NCBI GenBank assembly: GCA_951406725.2
Contig: OX597815.1
Span: forward strand, 27,404,001-27,468,000
Length of the DNA: 64,000 bases
DNA from: Octopus vulgaris
Lineage: Eukaryota
Direction of reading: 5' to 3'
In this document: piece after piece, positions 52,434-64,000 of the stretch
Layout: each line of letters starts with the position of its first letter
Numbering within the stretch: position 1 is the first letter of the stretch
Translations under genes and position numbers: made by a program
The notes under the pieces: model-generated
Told to the model about the DNA's origin: nothing
Database searches by the model: none
What the model saw: only the letters and a program-made list of their open reading frames with translations

Positions 52434-54009
52434 CTGGACTCACTTCATCCAGCTATCTCGGTTTCATAACTCCTACCGGTTTACAACACTCTTTGATAAA
52501 CTGCACTGTCCTTTGTTTCTTGGAGTTGAAAAAAAACGATTAACTTTTTTTTTCCTTGCTATTTTATGTATATTTCTTCCTATGTCAGCATGGGTGGAGT
52601 AGTTTTTTCTTCTGTTTTATTTTGTATTTGTATTTGCATGTAAATATTTTGAACAAGTGTTTTTCCAGCTGGCTCAACACTTCTGTATCTCTTGAAAGAT
52701 GATCTATAACTACTAACTTAGAAAAGATTCCCTACATTTCACATGTAAAAATTCGCCATCTGTAGTCTCTTCTGGAAACCTTATATTCTCTATACTTCCA
52801 AAACCACATGAAGGAAGTTTTGGTTTTCTCTTTAAAGCAAAGCAACACTGAACATCTGTTCGTTCTGTGCAAGTCCCAGATGCACCCAACTGTGAAATAA
52901 TTATTCTCATACTGGTATGGCAAACCCCTTTTGTCTACAAGCATCCTAGTCTGCTTCCTTGAATCCTTCTTTACAGGAAGGCTCTAATTCCTGTCCTTCA
53001 AAGTGTTTTGTGTTTCTCTGTTCTTCAAAATAGTCTGACAGGTTGAAGTCATCTGTTGTAGCTCACCTCTCTGCTTGTTGCCAATCATGCTGTGTCTTTT
53101 CATTTCAAGAACCACCACTCTGCAGACCTTGTATGTTTTTGCAGTACTTCCAGTCTTCAATCAAACAACATATTAATCTCAGTCAGTTGTCTTATCTAGC
53201 TCTTTGATTTGAAATCCTTGTTTTCCCAAATGCTATATGCCACACTCCGCTTCCTTCAACACATGCAAAAAAAAAAGATAGAAACTTAATCCAATGAGGA
53301 AGCCTTTACATGATCATGTGACTAGTTTTTTTGTTTTTTTTTTGTACATGCTTTAGGCGAAAGATCAGTTGTTCCATATCCATTTCAGGGCCTCCAAGAC
53401 TCACAAAGTTATCCTTAAGAGATGCTAAATACATCTGAGGGTGATGACTGAAAATAGCAGCCAAATGTCTCTGAACTTGCAGTCTGCACAGTAGCCCCAA
53501 AATCAACCTCCTCTTTATCCCTCACTTTAAGTGAAAACTCATATTGACTCTCATAGCAACTACCACATTATTACAATAAACAAACTCATTACTTCCCTAG
53601 CTGTTCTAGCAGCTGATAGATGAAATATAATAAACTTATCAACATTCTCAACCGCAAATAAAACATATCTTTACTCTGCATTTGTGTATTCATATAGGCT
53701 TCTGTGTGTTTATAGATATATTGAACAATTTTTCTTTGAACCATTAGAAACAGTGTTTCTCTGTGTTTTTGTATACTTTATTCTATTTCATTATGAAAAA
53801 ATCCCTGGAAAGCATAAAAGATACAATTGTCATTTGTTGGGTTATAACAGGACATCTTGGACATGAGGACACGTGATAGAAGATTGAGAGAAAGCATCAT
53901 GTGTATGTGTGGGCATTGTCATAGTTCTTAGCAGCTGCATGGTCCCAGATCCAATCCCACTGTGATTCTTTAAATAAGTCTAGACGGAAATTGTGGAATC
54001 CCATTTGTA

Positions 54010-54052
<43 letters not shown>

Positions 54053-54074
54053 GCATGTGTGTGTGTGTCGACAT

Positions 54075-54946
54075 ATCATCATCATCGTTTAATGTCCGCT
54101 TTCCATGCAGGCATGAGTTGTATGATTTGACTGATGACTGGTGAGCCAGATGGCTGCACAGGCTCTAATCTGATCTGGCAGAGTTTCTACAGCTGGATGC
54201 CCTTCCTAACGCCAACCACTCCAAGAGTGTAGTGGGTGCTTTTATGTGCCACTGGCACGAGGGCCAGTCAGGAAGTACTGGCAATGGCCACTCTCAAGCA
54301 TAGGTGCCAGTCTAGCAGCACTGGCAATGACCTCGCTTGTATAGTGTTTGTCATGTGCAACCGGCACAAGTGCCAGTAAGGCAACACTGGTAACAATCAC
54401 ACTCGAATGGTGCTTTTTACATGCCACCGGCACGGGAGCCAGTCAGCGGCCCTATAACGATCACACTTGGATGTTGGTCTTAGTGCTCCACTTGCACAGA
54501 TGCCAGCCATGCGGCACTGTCATCGAATTTGATTTTGATTTCGATTTCACTTGCCTCAACAGGTCTTCGCAAGCAGAGTTTTGTGTCCAATGAAGGAAAG
54601 CTACACATAAGTGGGCTGGTTACACCCTTGGCATAGGATTCATACTGGCTTCATTCCTTGCCATGTAGCATGGCTGTTCATACACATGCATCATACAGTC
54701 TACCTTTTACTCTGAGCAAGAGGCCCTTTGTCACCAGCAGAGGCAGGAGCTCTCTGAACTTTGCCCAGGCTATTCTTATTCTAACAGCTACACTTTCAGA
54801 GCACCCACCCCCACTACTGACTTGGTCACCTAGGTAATGGAAGCTATCAACAACTTCTAGTTTTTCTCCTTGGAATGTGGCAGAAGTTGTTCTCTGCACA
54901 TTTTCAGTGTTTATTGCTCCTGAGCATCTGTCACATACAAAAACTA
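54075..54946 (-). mobile_element. RTE-clade LINE 3' fragment (RT C-terminal part, 3' UTR, (GAT)n tail)
   Basis: LEVVDSFHYLGDQVSSGGGCSESVAVRIRIAWAKFRELLPLL..LRVKGRLYDACV; the UTR is shared with 55936, 59810, 61540 and 63510. Confidence 0.9.
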
Positions 54947-55935
54947 TATATATATGTGTGTGTGTGTATATATATATGAATGTGTGTATGTGTGTGTGTG
55001 TAAGTGCTGTATGGCCAAATGGTTAAGAAGTTTGGTTTGCAACCATGAGGTCCTTGGTTCAATCCCACAATGTAATGACTACATTATTAAATGTATAGTT
55101 CTTTTTTTGAAGACCAGAGTCTGATCTGAGGAAATTTTTTCTACTATTTGTAGCAGGTCAAGCACCTGCATAGAAGCACCTCATTATCTCCTTTGGTGAT
55201 TTTTGTTATTAATAAGTTATAAGACTGAACTTGTTCTTCGGAACTTGCTGTCTCTTCACCTTTTCATTGAAATATATTCATTTCACTTACTTTTGCCCAA
55301 CACCTCCACACCTCAATTAACCCCTCTGTCCTTTATATAACATTTAAAAAATTTATTTTGAGAACTATCATGTCTGGAAATCAGAAATAGGAGTGTAAGT
55401 GGGGAGGCAGAGCTGTCAAGGTCTGAGTGAGGACTGAAGAAAACCTGACAGCTATGGGTTTGGTGTGGGACAGAGCTTCTGACACTGCTGGGTGGAGATC
55501 TCTCATCATGTGAATCCTTCTGCTCCATAATGAGCAGGAGGAACTAAGACCACTCTGTAAACTTCCTATTTCTTCTTTCCTTCCATGGGTTCCTCTAATA
55601 TACCATTCTCCAGGTTAAATTCCTCATAAATAAACACCAGTGTTACTTTTCTGGGAGTATTACGATGAAGTCTGAGTCTTAACTCACTATGATCCAGGAG
55701 AGTGTCTTCATTCTGTGGGCATGCCCCACTTCCTTGGCCACAGTAATAATAGACATAATTTCTATGAGAAAGACGCTCACTTTGCAACCATGTGATTCGG
55801 GTTCAGTCTCACTGAACTGCACTTTGATCAAGTGTTTTGTTCTATAGCCCAGGCCAACCAATGCTTTGTGTGAATTTGGAAGACAAAAACTGTGCAGAAG
55901 CCCATAGTGTGTGTGTGTGTGTATGTGTAAATAAA

Positions 55936-56143
55936 TCATCGTCGTCGTCATCATTTAACGTCCGCTTTCCATGCTAGCAGAGGTTGGATGATTTGACTGA
56001 GATCTGGCGAACCAGATGGCTGTACCAGACTCCAATCTGATCTGGCAGAGTTTCTATGGCTGGGTGCCCTTCCTAACGCCAACCACTCCAAGAGTGTAGT
56101 GGGTGCTTTTACGTGTCACTGACACGAGGGCCAGTCAGGTGGT
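55936..56143 (-). mobile_element. RTE 3' UTR fragment
   Basis: catttaacgtccgctttccatgctagc...gcccttcctaacgccaaccactcc. Confidence 0.85.
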
Positions 56144-56189
56144 ATATTGTGCATATGTAAATATATGTGTGTGTGTGTGGTTTAAATGT

Positions 56190-56365
56190 ACAAAAAATTA
56201 AAAAAAAGCAGACAGGTGAGGGAACAACAAGCAAGGTGTATTAGTTTGATGTTCAGGAAAAATGGAAAAGTCTTTGATATTTCAAGCTTATGCTCTTCAG
56301 CAGAAAGGGACGAGGCAAAAAATGGAGAGAGAGAGAGAAAATGTTGGGATTAATGGTTCCACATA
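56190..56365 (-). mobile_element. CpG-decayed copy of the 13622-13807 Penelope-like pseudo-LTR
   Basis: agtctttgatatttcaagcttatgctcttcagcagaaagggac aligns to the reverse complement of 13677-13719. Confidence 0.75.
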
Positions 56366-56769
56366 TTGAAAAGTGTGTGTGTATGTGTGTTTGTCTTTGT
56401 GTTTGTCTCCACCACCACTTGACAACCAGTGTTGGTTTGTTTATATCCCTGTAACTTAACAGTTCAGAAAAAAAGATGAAGAGAAGCACCAGACTTTAAA
56501 AAAAAATACTAAATACTGGGGGTTAATCAGTTTGGCTAAACCCTTCAAGGTTGTGCCCCAACATGGTCGCAGTCCAATGACTGAAACAAGTAAGAGATAA
56601 ATGATAAAATCTTGTATCAGACCATATTTGCAGACCATCATTAAAAGCAAAAAACAAATCTTATAGTGCCATAAAAGCCATCTTTTCTCATGTGTTTTTG
56701 CTATCAGACATTTTGGGTAGAATTTTGAGCACTTATATAAGTAAGTACATATGCACCTGCATCTGTGAA

Positions 56770-57441
56770 GAAATTCTGTGTATGTGTGTCTGTATGTATG
56801 TGTGTGCCTGCTTCTCTATATGTATGCATGTGTGTTGGTGTTCCTGTGTATATGTATATGTGTGTGTGTGTGAGTGTGTGTGTATCCAAGTTTATTTGCA
56901 TGTATGTGTGCTTACACATATGTACACCTGGATGTATATATGTAATTGTGTAGCATACCTGTGTCTGTAATATTTGTTTGCATGTGTGTATCTGTGTGTG
57001 TGTGTGTGTGTGTGTGTGTTAAGTGCACATATATATGTTAACTGTGTGTGTCTGCAGACTCTGTTACATATATGCATATATGTGTCTCTCAATTATGTAT
57101 ACATGTGCCTATCTATGGTGCATGTATATGCATCTCTGTTTTGCATATGTAAATCATGTGCATGTATGTGTGTGTTATTTTTCTTTGCATTTATTTTTTG
57201 CTATCTCTGTATTGCACATATGTTAATGGACATATATATATGTAGGTATGTTTTGTGTGTGAGGATGTGTTTGTATCTATTTTTGTAAGAATTGGTGTAT
57301 CTCTGTTTCTATCTGCATGTATTCATGCGTTTCTATGTTGGTACCTATTTTTGTATGAATTGATATATCTCTATATATGTCAGTAAATGTATGTTTTTAT
57401 ATCTATATGCATATATATGCAAACTCAAATGCATTAGATCC

Positions 57442-57479
<38 letters not shown>

Positions 57480-57513
57480 TATATGGAAACAAACTCATTC
57501 ATATGTATGTGTT

Positions 57514-57603
<90 letters not shown>

Positions 57604-57890
57604 CATATATACACACAAACACATATGCATCAGTTCCTATATTTATGCATATAGCAAATTAATGCGCACACACATACACATTCACACACACACATACACA
57701 TTCACACACACACATATCTATGTATGTAACCACACACACATGTATGGGTGTACTGATATCTATTTTTATATAAACCCGTATACCTATATCTGTCTGCATG
57801 TGTATACTAATGTGTATAGCCATATAAATGTTAATGCTCATGTGTGCATCTGTATACACACTGTACATGTGTGTGTGTGTATGTGTGCAC
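56770..57890. repeat. Degenerate TG/TA/CA low-complexity region
   Basis: Direct reading. Confidence 0.85.
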
Positions 57891-58515
57891 GTACATTTAG
57901 CTATTTCATCCTTCCTATAGCTGTGTCAGTTAACCTATCTCTACTACAACATGTGATAAAAATTGACAAGGTCTCCAGCTGCATATCTATTCTTAGATTT
58001 CCTAGCTAGCACCGATTCCGCTCAGGTCATTCTGAACTACATCTTTGGCCTAACTCTATTCTGGCTACCAGTATTAATTCGTATCATTGCTTCTGTGTGA
58101 TATCTATTCATACCACATGTTCTTATCATATTAATCCATTGATGGGTAATGCAACAAGAATTTTTGGTCCTGGTGAGTTGCAAAGAAAAATGTGTACATG
58201 TGTAGATATGTATAATCAATAATGTGTGTACATCATCATTATCGTCATTCTTTAAACGTTCGCTTTTCCATGCCTGCATGGGTTGGATGGAATTAGTTGA
58301 GACAGGTTTTCTCTGACCGGAAGCCCTTCCTTTTACCAAACTCTCACTTGTTTCCATGTGAGTTATTTTTTTTCCCCCTGATTGAGCATATTTCTACAGA
58401 AGAGTGGAACTGGACAACATTTCTATGAAGATGATGTACATTTACAACTGAAGATATAAAGACACACAAATACTCACACACACATATAAGCATACACACA
58501 CACATACACACCCAT

Positions 58516-58558
<43 letters not shown>

Positions 58559-58704
58559 TGACAAGTTGCTTTCTGTTCACGTCAGCCAAATCCACTCACA
58601 ATGTTTTGGCTAACCTGAGGCTATATTCGAAGATACCTGCTCAAGGTACCATGCAATGGGACTGAATCCATATTCATGATTCATTTATCACTCTTTCTCT
58701 TTTT

Positions 58705-59096
58705 TTTACTTGTTTCAGTCATTTGACTGCAGCCATGCTGGAGCACCGCCTTTTAATCGAGCAACTCGACCCCGGGACTTATTCTTTGTAAGCCCAGTAC
58801 TTATTCTATCGGTCTCTTTTGCCGAACCGCTAAGTGACGGGGACATAAGCACACCAGCATCGGTTGTCAAGCAATGCTAGGGGGACAAACACAAACATAC
58901 ACGCACACATGTATACATATATATACATATATACGACAGGCTTCTTTCAGTTTCCGTCTACCAAATCCACTCACAAGGCTTTGGTCGGCCCGAGGCCATA
59001 GCAGAAGACACTTGCCCAAGGTGCCACGCAGTGGGACTGAACCCTGAACCATGTGGTTGGTAAACAAGCTACTTACCACACTGCCACTCCTGCGCC
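58705..59096 (-). mobile_element. SINE family A, full length
   Basis: Reverse complement of the family A sequence. Confidence 0.92.
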
Positions 59097-59374
59097 ATTT
59101 TTTTTTCACTGTTTTTCACTGTTTTTTTTTTTTTCAAACAAACCCCTGTAATGAATGAGAATAGATGTATTTACCTTTGGTTTTTTTTTAGCCCACTAAA
59201 ATCAAAGTGATTGAAAGTCAAACTTAAGATCAATATCTCTACCTGTGTGCTAATAGATATTACATGTTCCATTTAGAAACAGAAAGAAAAAACAAAACAC
59301 AAGCCATTTACTTATTGCTTCCTGAGCAGCAGTGTTACTGGTCAAATTACATACAGCCTACTATATCTCAAATT

Positions 59375-59584
59375 CATCATCATCATCATCATCGTTTAAC
59401 GTCCATTTTGCGGCCATGCTGGAGCACCGCCTTTAGTCGAACAAATCGACCCCGGGACTTATTCTTTGTAAGCCCAGTACTTATTCTATCGGTCTCTTTT
59501 AGCCGAACCGCAAAGTGACAGGGACGTAAACACAGCAGCATCGGTTGTCCAAGCAATGCTAGGGGGACAAACACAGACACACAA

Positions 59585-59640
<56 letters not shown>

Positions 59641-60215
59641 GACAGGCTTCTTTCAGAGGAGACTGGCAAACGGCCACGATTGGTTGGTGCTTTTTACATG
59701 TCACTGGCACAGATGCCAGTCAAGGCGGCACTGGCATCGGATGGTGCTTTTTGTATGCCACCGGCACGGGTATCACAACTACAATTTTCATTTGATTTTT
59801 ATTTCGATGTTAGCATGGGTTGGACAGTTTGACCAGGGTCTGGGAAACCAGGAGGCTGCACCGGGCTCCAGTCTGATTTGGTAGTGTTTCTACAGCTGGA
59901 TGCCCTTCCTAACGCCAACCACTCCGTGAGTGTAGTGGGTGCTTTTTACGTGCCACCGACACAGGGGCCAGAGGAGACTGTTGGCCACGATTGGTTGGTG
60001 CTTTTTACATGTCACTGGCACAGATGCCAGTCAAGGCGGCACTGGCATCGGATGGTGCTTTTTGTATGCCACCGGCACGGGTATCACAACTACAATTTTC
60101 ATTTGATTTTTATTTCGATGTTGATGTACTTGACTCAATAGGTCTCCTCAAGCACAGCAGGTCACCCTACAATCCAAGGTTAGCACAGCAGGCCGTCCTG
60201 CGAACCATGAACTCA
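59375..60215 (-). mobile_element. Mosaic of RTE 3' UTR pieces and a partial SINE A (59410-59656)
   Basis: 59672-59810 is duplicated at 59983-60122. Confidence 0.8.
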
Positions 60216-60680
60216 CTAGTATTAAAAACTGTTTCTCCTCTATTTTACCTGAAGTAACTGTAACTGTTCCAAATTGATGCTTCTGATATTTAGCATCTTC
60301 ATCATCATCATCATTTAACATCCATTTTTCCATACTTGCACGGGTCAGATGGAATTTGTTGTGGCAGATTTTCTGTGTGGTCAGTTGTCCTCTCTGTTGT
60401 CAACTGTCACCTGTTCCCCTGCAAGATGATATTTCCCCTTAGCCGAACATGTTTTCCCATGGAAGACTGAAAATGAATAGCATCGCTTAGTTGACAGTGA
60501 TGCTCATTTACAACCAGCATATGATATCAAAACAAATGTATACACAAGCACACACACACACAAATACACACACTAATGTGTTTGTGTGTGTGTGTGTTGA
60601 AATACAATGGGCTTTCTTCAGTTTTCATCTACCGAATACATTCATAAAGTTTTGGTTGGCCTGGAGCTATAGCAGAAGAT

Positions 60681-60840
60681 CCTCCTTTATCGATGATAAA
60701 AGAGGACCTCTCCGAACTCTCAGGTCTGCAGGTGTTCGGTCTGTGCAGATGGAACCGCGAATGGCTCGCTATCTCCAGTGACCTCGCACAGGACCGTCAA
60801 GTGTGGGCTGCCATGGGTGAACACCATCACAAAATACAAG
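60681..60840 (+). mobile_element. 5'-truncated RTE-type LINE of a separate family, inserted in a SINE A remnant
   Basis: IKEDLSELSGLQVFGLCRWNREWLAISSDLAQDRQVWAA; ends in tacaag; TSD tatagcagaagat / tatagtagaagat. Confidence 0.75.
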
Positions 60841-61087
60841 TATAGTAGAAGATACTTGCCCAAGGTACTGCACAGTGGAACTGAACCCAACACCATGTGG
60901 TTGGGAAGCAATCAACTTAACCACTTAACCACACACCCACAACAACTAATCATTACCCACTTAATTAATTCTTAATTAAAATAGAAATATTTGAAAATTT
61001 TATTTACTGAAGATCCCCTGTAGTTGCATTTTTCTTGCTGTACATGTCTTGATTATCAACTCTATTTCCAAACATGGTGATTTAAGC

Positions 61088-61350
61088 CAATGGTTCCCAA
61101 AGTGGGCGGTATTGCTCCACTGGGAGCAGTGGAAAGTTCCAAGAAAAGTAGAGCTGTAATGGGGTAGCTAGTCATGTAAAAACAATAAAATAATGGGTTC
61201 ATTAGGTTAAGTTTTATTCATGAAATGCAGTTGCTTTGAATTTGCTTCAGAAAGATGTGTATGTATGTGATGGTTAGTTGGGGTGGAGGTGCTAGGAATG
61301 TGGCCTTGGTGTCAAGGTAGTGGCGGCCTGAAAATGTTTGAGAACCCCTG
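61088..61350. mobile_element. hAT (Charlie-like) MITE
   Basis: caatggttcccaaa ... tttgagaacccctg; 8-bp TSD atttaagc / atttaagt. Confidence 0.85.
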
Positions 61351-61539
61351 ATTTAAGTGACTTCATATGCAATCCTAAATTTATACTGAAATTGTTGTCT
61401 AAGTTGTTATAAGCGATTCGTGTTCAATGAGACATTTGGGTGGAATCACATCGTCAAAATGATTGATAACATGAAGCAGTAACATGAATATAGGAAGGTC
61501 AATGAATTAGGTTGTTGGAAGATAGCTGTGTGAAAAAGT

Positions 61540-61950
61540 GCCACACCCTAGCGGTTGAGGGAACCTGTGGAAGAGGTAGAGAGCACCATTTGGGCGTGAT
61601 CATTGTCAGCATCGCCTCATTGGCACTTGTGCTGGTGGCACGTGAACAAAACATTTGAGCGAGGTCGTTGCCAGAGCTGCTGGACTGACTCCTGTGCAGG
61701 TGGCACATAAAAAACACCATTTTCGAACATGGCCGTTGCCAGTACCGTCTGACTCGCCCCCGTGCCGGTGGCACTTTAAAAGCACCCACTACACTATCGG
61801 AGTGGTTGGCATTAGGAAGGGCATCCAGCTGTAGAAACTCTTTCAGGTCAGATTGGAGCCTGGCGCAGCCATCTGGTTCGCCAGCCCTCAGTCAAATCGT
61901 CCAACACATGCTAGCATGGAAAGCGGACTTTAAATGATGATGATGATGAT
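61540..61950 (+). mobile_element. RTE 3' UTR fragment with (GAT)n tail
   Basis: Reverse complement of about 54075-54400. Confidence 0.85.
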
Positions 61951-62314
61951 AAGTGTACAAAGCAAAATCTAATTTGGGTAGAGAATGTTATATTAAATGC
62001 GAAATAACTGGTTATTAATAGCTGACATTCTTTATAACTGAGCCCTGTTTGTCTTGATGTGCAACAAAGAATGAGGCTACTTCTATATTTTTTATTATTT
62101 TGGCCTGATCAGGTAACTGTTACCCTGAAGTAGATGAATGAATAAAAGATAAGAGAAATAAAAGGTGATTGAAACAAGACAATTATGAAAGAAACTATTA
62201 TGAAATATTTAACAAGTCGACATATTATCCAAGAACTAAGTAAATAGATTTATTGTCCGTATGTATGTAAGTGTATGTCAGTATATATATATAGTGCGAA
62301 TTTACATATATGTA

Positions 62315-62364
<50 letters not shown>

Positions 62365-62660
62365 ACATGCTTCTTAGACAAATTAAGACAGGATGTATTT
62401 TTTTTTATTTTCAAATAATGTCAGTGAGGAATGTTAGGAATCAGGTTTAAAAAGTTGTGATCATGATTCTGGTTCTAAACCTTGCCACATCTGTTTGGTT
62501 TGTGGGAGTTGCCTTTGAAATACAGACTGGTTTGCGGAGTAAGAAGAGGTGAGAGGCAAGCGCCATTAATATATTGGAATGACAGATATGCCTGTCACAA
62601 GTATGTTAGTGTCACATTATATGTACAAGCACACACACACACACATACACACATATATAT

Positions 62661-62767
62661 GAATGTTGTTGACAATGACTTTGAAACTTTGGCCATTTAA
62701 GCAATTGTCAGACAGTCTGACAATGGCTTAACTAGCCAAAACTTTGAAGTCACTGTCAACAACATTC
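62661..62767. repeat. Near-palindrome (53-bp arms, 1-nt spacer) formed by two decayed hammerhead motifs
   Basis: Arms match at 45 of 53 positions by manual alignment; right arm reads gacagt-CTGACAA-tggc ttaacta gcc-AAAAC-tttgaa-GTC-actgtc. Confidence 0.8.
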
Positions 62768-63117
62768 TTCTATAAGAATAAGAATTTTGTACTCTACTAA
62801 CTCATCAGATTAATGTAAAATTCTTTTTAGTATAACTCAACATAAAAAAAGACCATTTATATGTATATATTAAGATGAGTGGTTTGTTAGAGCTATATAA
62901 GCCATGTGGTCCAACCCATGCCGGCATGGAAAATGGAAGTTAAAGAATAATGATGATGATAATAATATTAATGCATGAGAGAAGCAGGGTCTTTAATGTG
63001 GACCTAACTGAGGGATCAGCCACCAGGGTCTCTCTCTGTTGGGTTAAACTGCTGATATGACAGTCGTATGATAAGATAAAGCAATTAAGGATATGAAGAC
63101 AGGGAAAGCCTCTGGAC

Positions 63118-63480
63118 CAGTGATTTCCACTGGAGGAGCCTGGGAAAATTGTGGTGGGGTGTGGGATCCAAAATTTTTTCTTTTCTCCTTTTTTGTTTTT
63201 AGTGGGACATGGAATTGTGAAAATCTTATTTTCTCAGCAAATACTCCACCTATACACAGCCTAGCCAAACCAATCCCTCTATCCACCCAAGCACACTGTG
63301 TGAAGACTGTTTGCTACAGTATAGCACTAATCAAATGCTGTAGTGTGGATATTTCTTTAAGGAAAATATATCATTGTGAAATATTAAAAATAAAGCTGTT
63401 TTTTACCAAACAATGGTGGGGCATACATTTTTCTAGAAAGTCATAGTGGGGCCTAGCAGGAAATAAGTTGGGAAATACTG
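63118..63480. mobile_element. hAT (Charlie-like) MITE inserted in an RTE RT fragment
   Basis: cagtgatttcc ... gggaaatactg; TSD ctctggac / ctctagac (nTCTAGAn type); flanks rejoin to DKAIKDMKTGKASG|PSGITVE. Confidence 0.85.
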
Positions 63481-63509
63481 CTCTAGACCATCAGGAATCA
63501 CTGTTGAAA

Positions 63510-63886
63510 TCATCGTCATCGTCGTTTAACGTCCGTTTTCCATGCTAGCATGGATTGGATGGTTCGACCGGGGTCGGGGAAGTCAGAAGGCTGCACCAGG
63601 CTCCAGTCTGAGCTGGCAGTGTTTCTACAGCTGGATGCTCTTCCTAACGTCAACCACTCTGTGAGTGTAGTTGGTGCTTTTTATGTGCCGCCGGCACAGG
63701 TGCCAGGGAAGGCTGGCAACAGCCACAATCGGTTGGTGCTTTTACTTGCCACCGGCACGGAAGCCAGTCAAGGTGGTGCTGGCATTGACCACGTATGGAT
63801 GGTGCTTTTTACATGCCACTGGCACAGGTGCCAGGGGAGGCTGGCAACAGCCACGATCGGTTGGTGGTTTTTACATGCCACCGGTG
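63510..63886 (-). mobile_element. RTE 3' UTR fragment with internal tandem units
   Basis: Same family as 54075. Confidence 0.85.
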
Positions 63887-64000
63887 TAGTCACTCATATC
63901 AGGTTATCTAGGAAGGCATCATTCCTAAAGACAGATGTAATATTATAGCTAGTTGCTACAAGAGTAAAGGTGATGCCTTTGATAGAAACAACTTCAGATG

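Noticed and set aside
52660-53290. Unique, coding-like sequence with short minus-strand ORFs
   Set aside because: No long open frame and no recognisable motif.
57893-58172. Plus-strand hydrophobic peptides resembling GPCR TM1-TM3 (LASTD, SIDG*), with apparent splice sites
   Set aside because: Needs several frameshifts and stops. The minus strand fits a decayed CR1-like C-terminus ([17 protein letters not shown]) at least as well. Unresolved without a profile search.
62100-62135. CTGATCA-GGTAAC-t-GTTACC-ctgaag hairpin
   Set aside because: Too many core changes to call a hammerhead, although decay is possible.
1-64000. CRISPR arrays, operons or other prokaryotic systems
   Set aside because: The sequence is eukaryotic repeat-rich DNA; no regularly spaced repeat-spacer array or intact gene cluster was seen.

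Overview
This is AT-rich eukaryotic genomic DNA, almost entirely repeats. It looks like coleoid cephalopod (Octopus-type) DNA, judged from tRNA-headed SINEs that resemble the published octopus OK/OR1/OR2 families; that match is from memory and was not searched. I found no intact protein-coding gene. The long ORFs in the track are microsatellite translations or decayed transposon fragments. The window contains four SINE families, LINE fragments (R4/Dong, CR1-group, RTE), four non-autonomous Helitrons, MITEs (Merlin-like, pogo-like, hAT), a decayed hAT transposase and many microsatellites. Most notable signals: (1) Several sequence-unrelated short non-coding elements sit in or next to (TA)n tracts and carry type I hammerhead ribozyme motifs with palindromic stem III, as in Penelope pseudo-LTRs or retrozymes. 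Two have canonical cores (30901-30983 minus, 33838-33914 plus) and two loci are inverted pairs. (2) CpG content drops sharply at about 52.5 kb, and in ribozyme copies beyond it the CpG sites are systematically lost, suggesting a methylated gene body. (3) One SINE head occurs with four different 3' tails. (4) A 310-bp GC-rich orphan insertion has a 10-bp target duplication. Everything was read by eye, and the coordinates of degraded elements are approximate.
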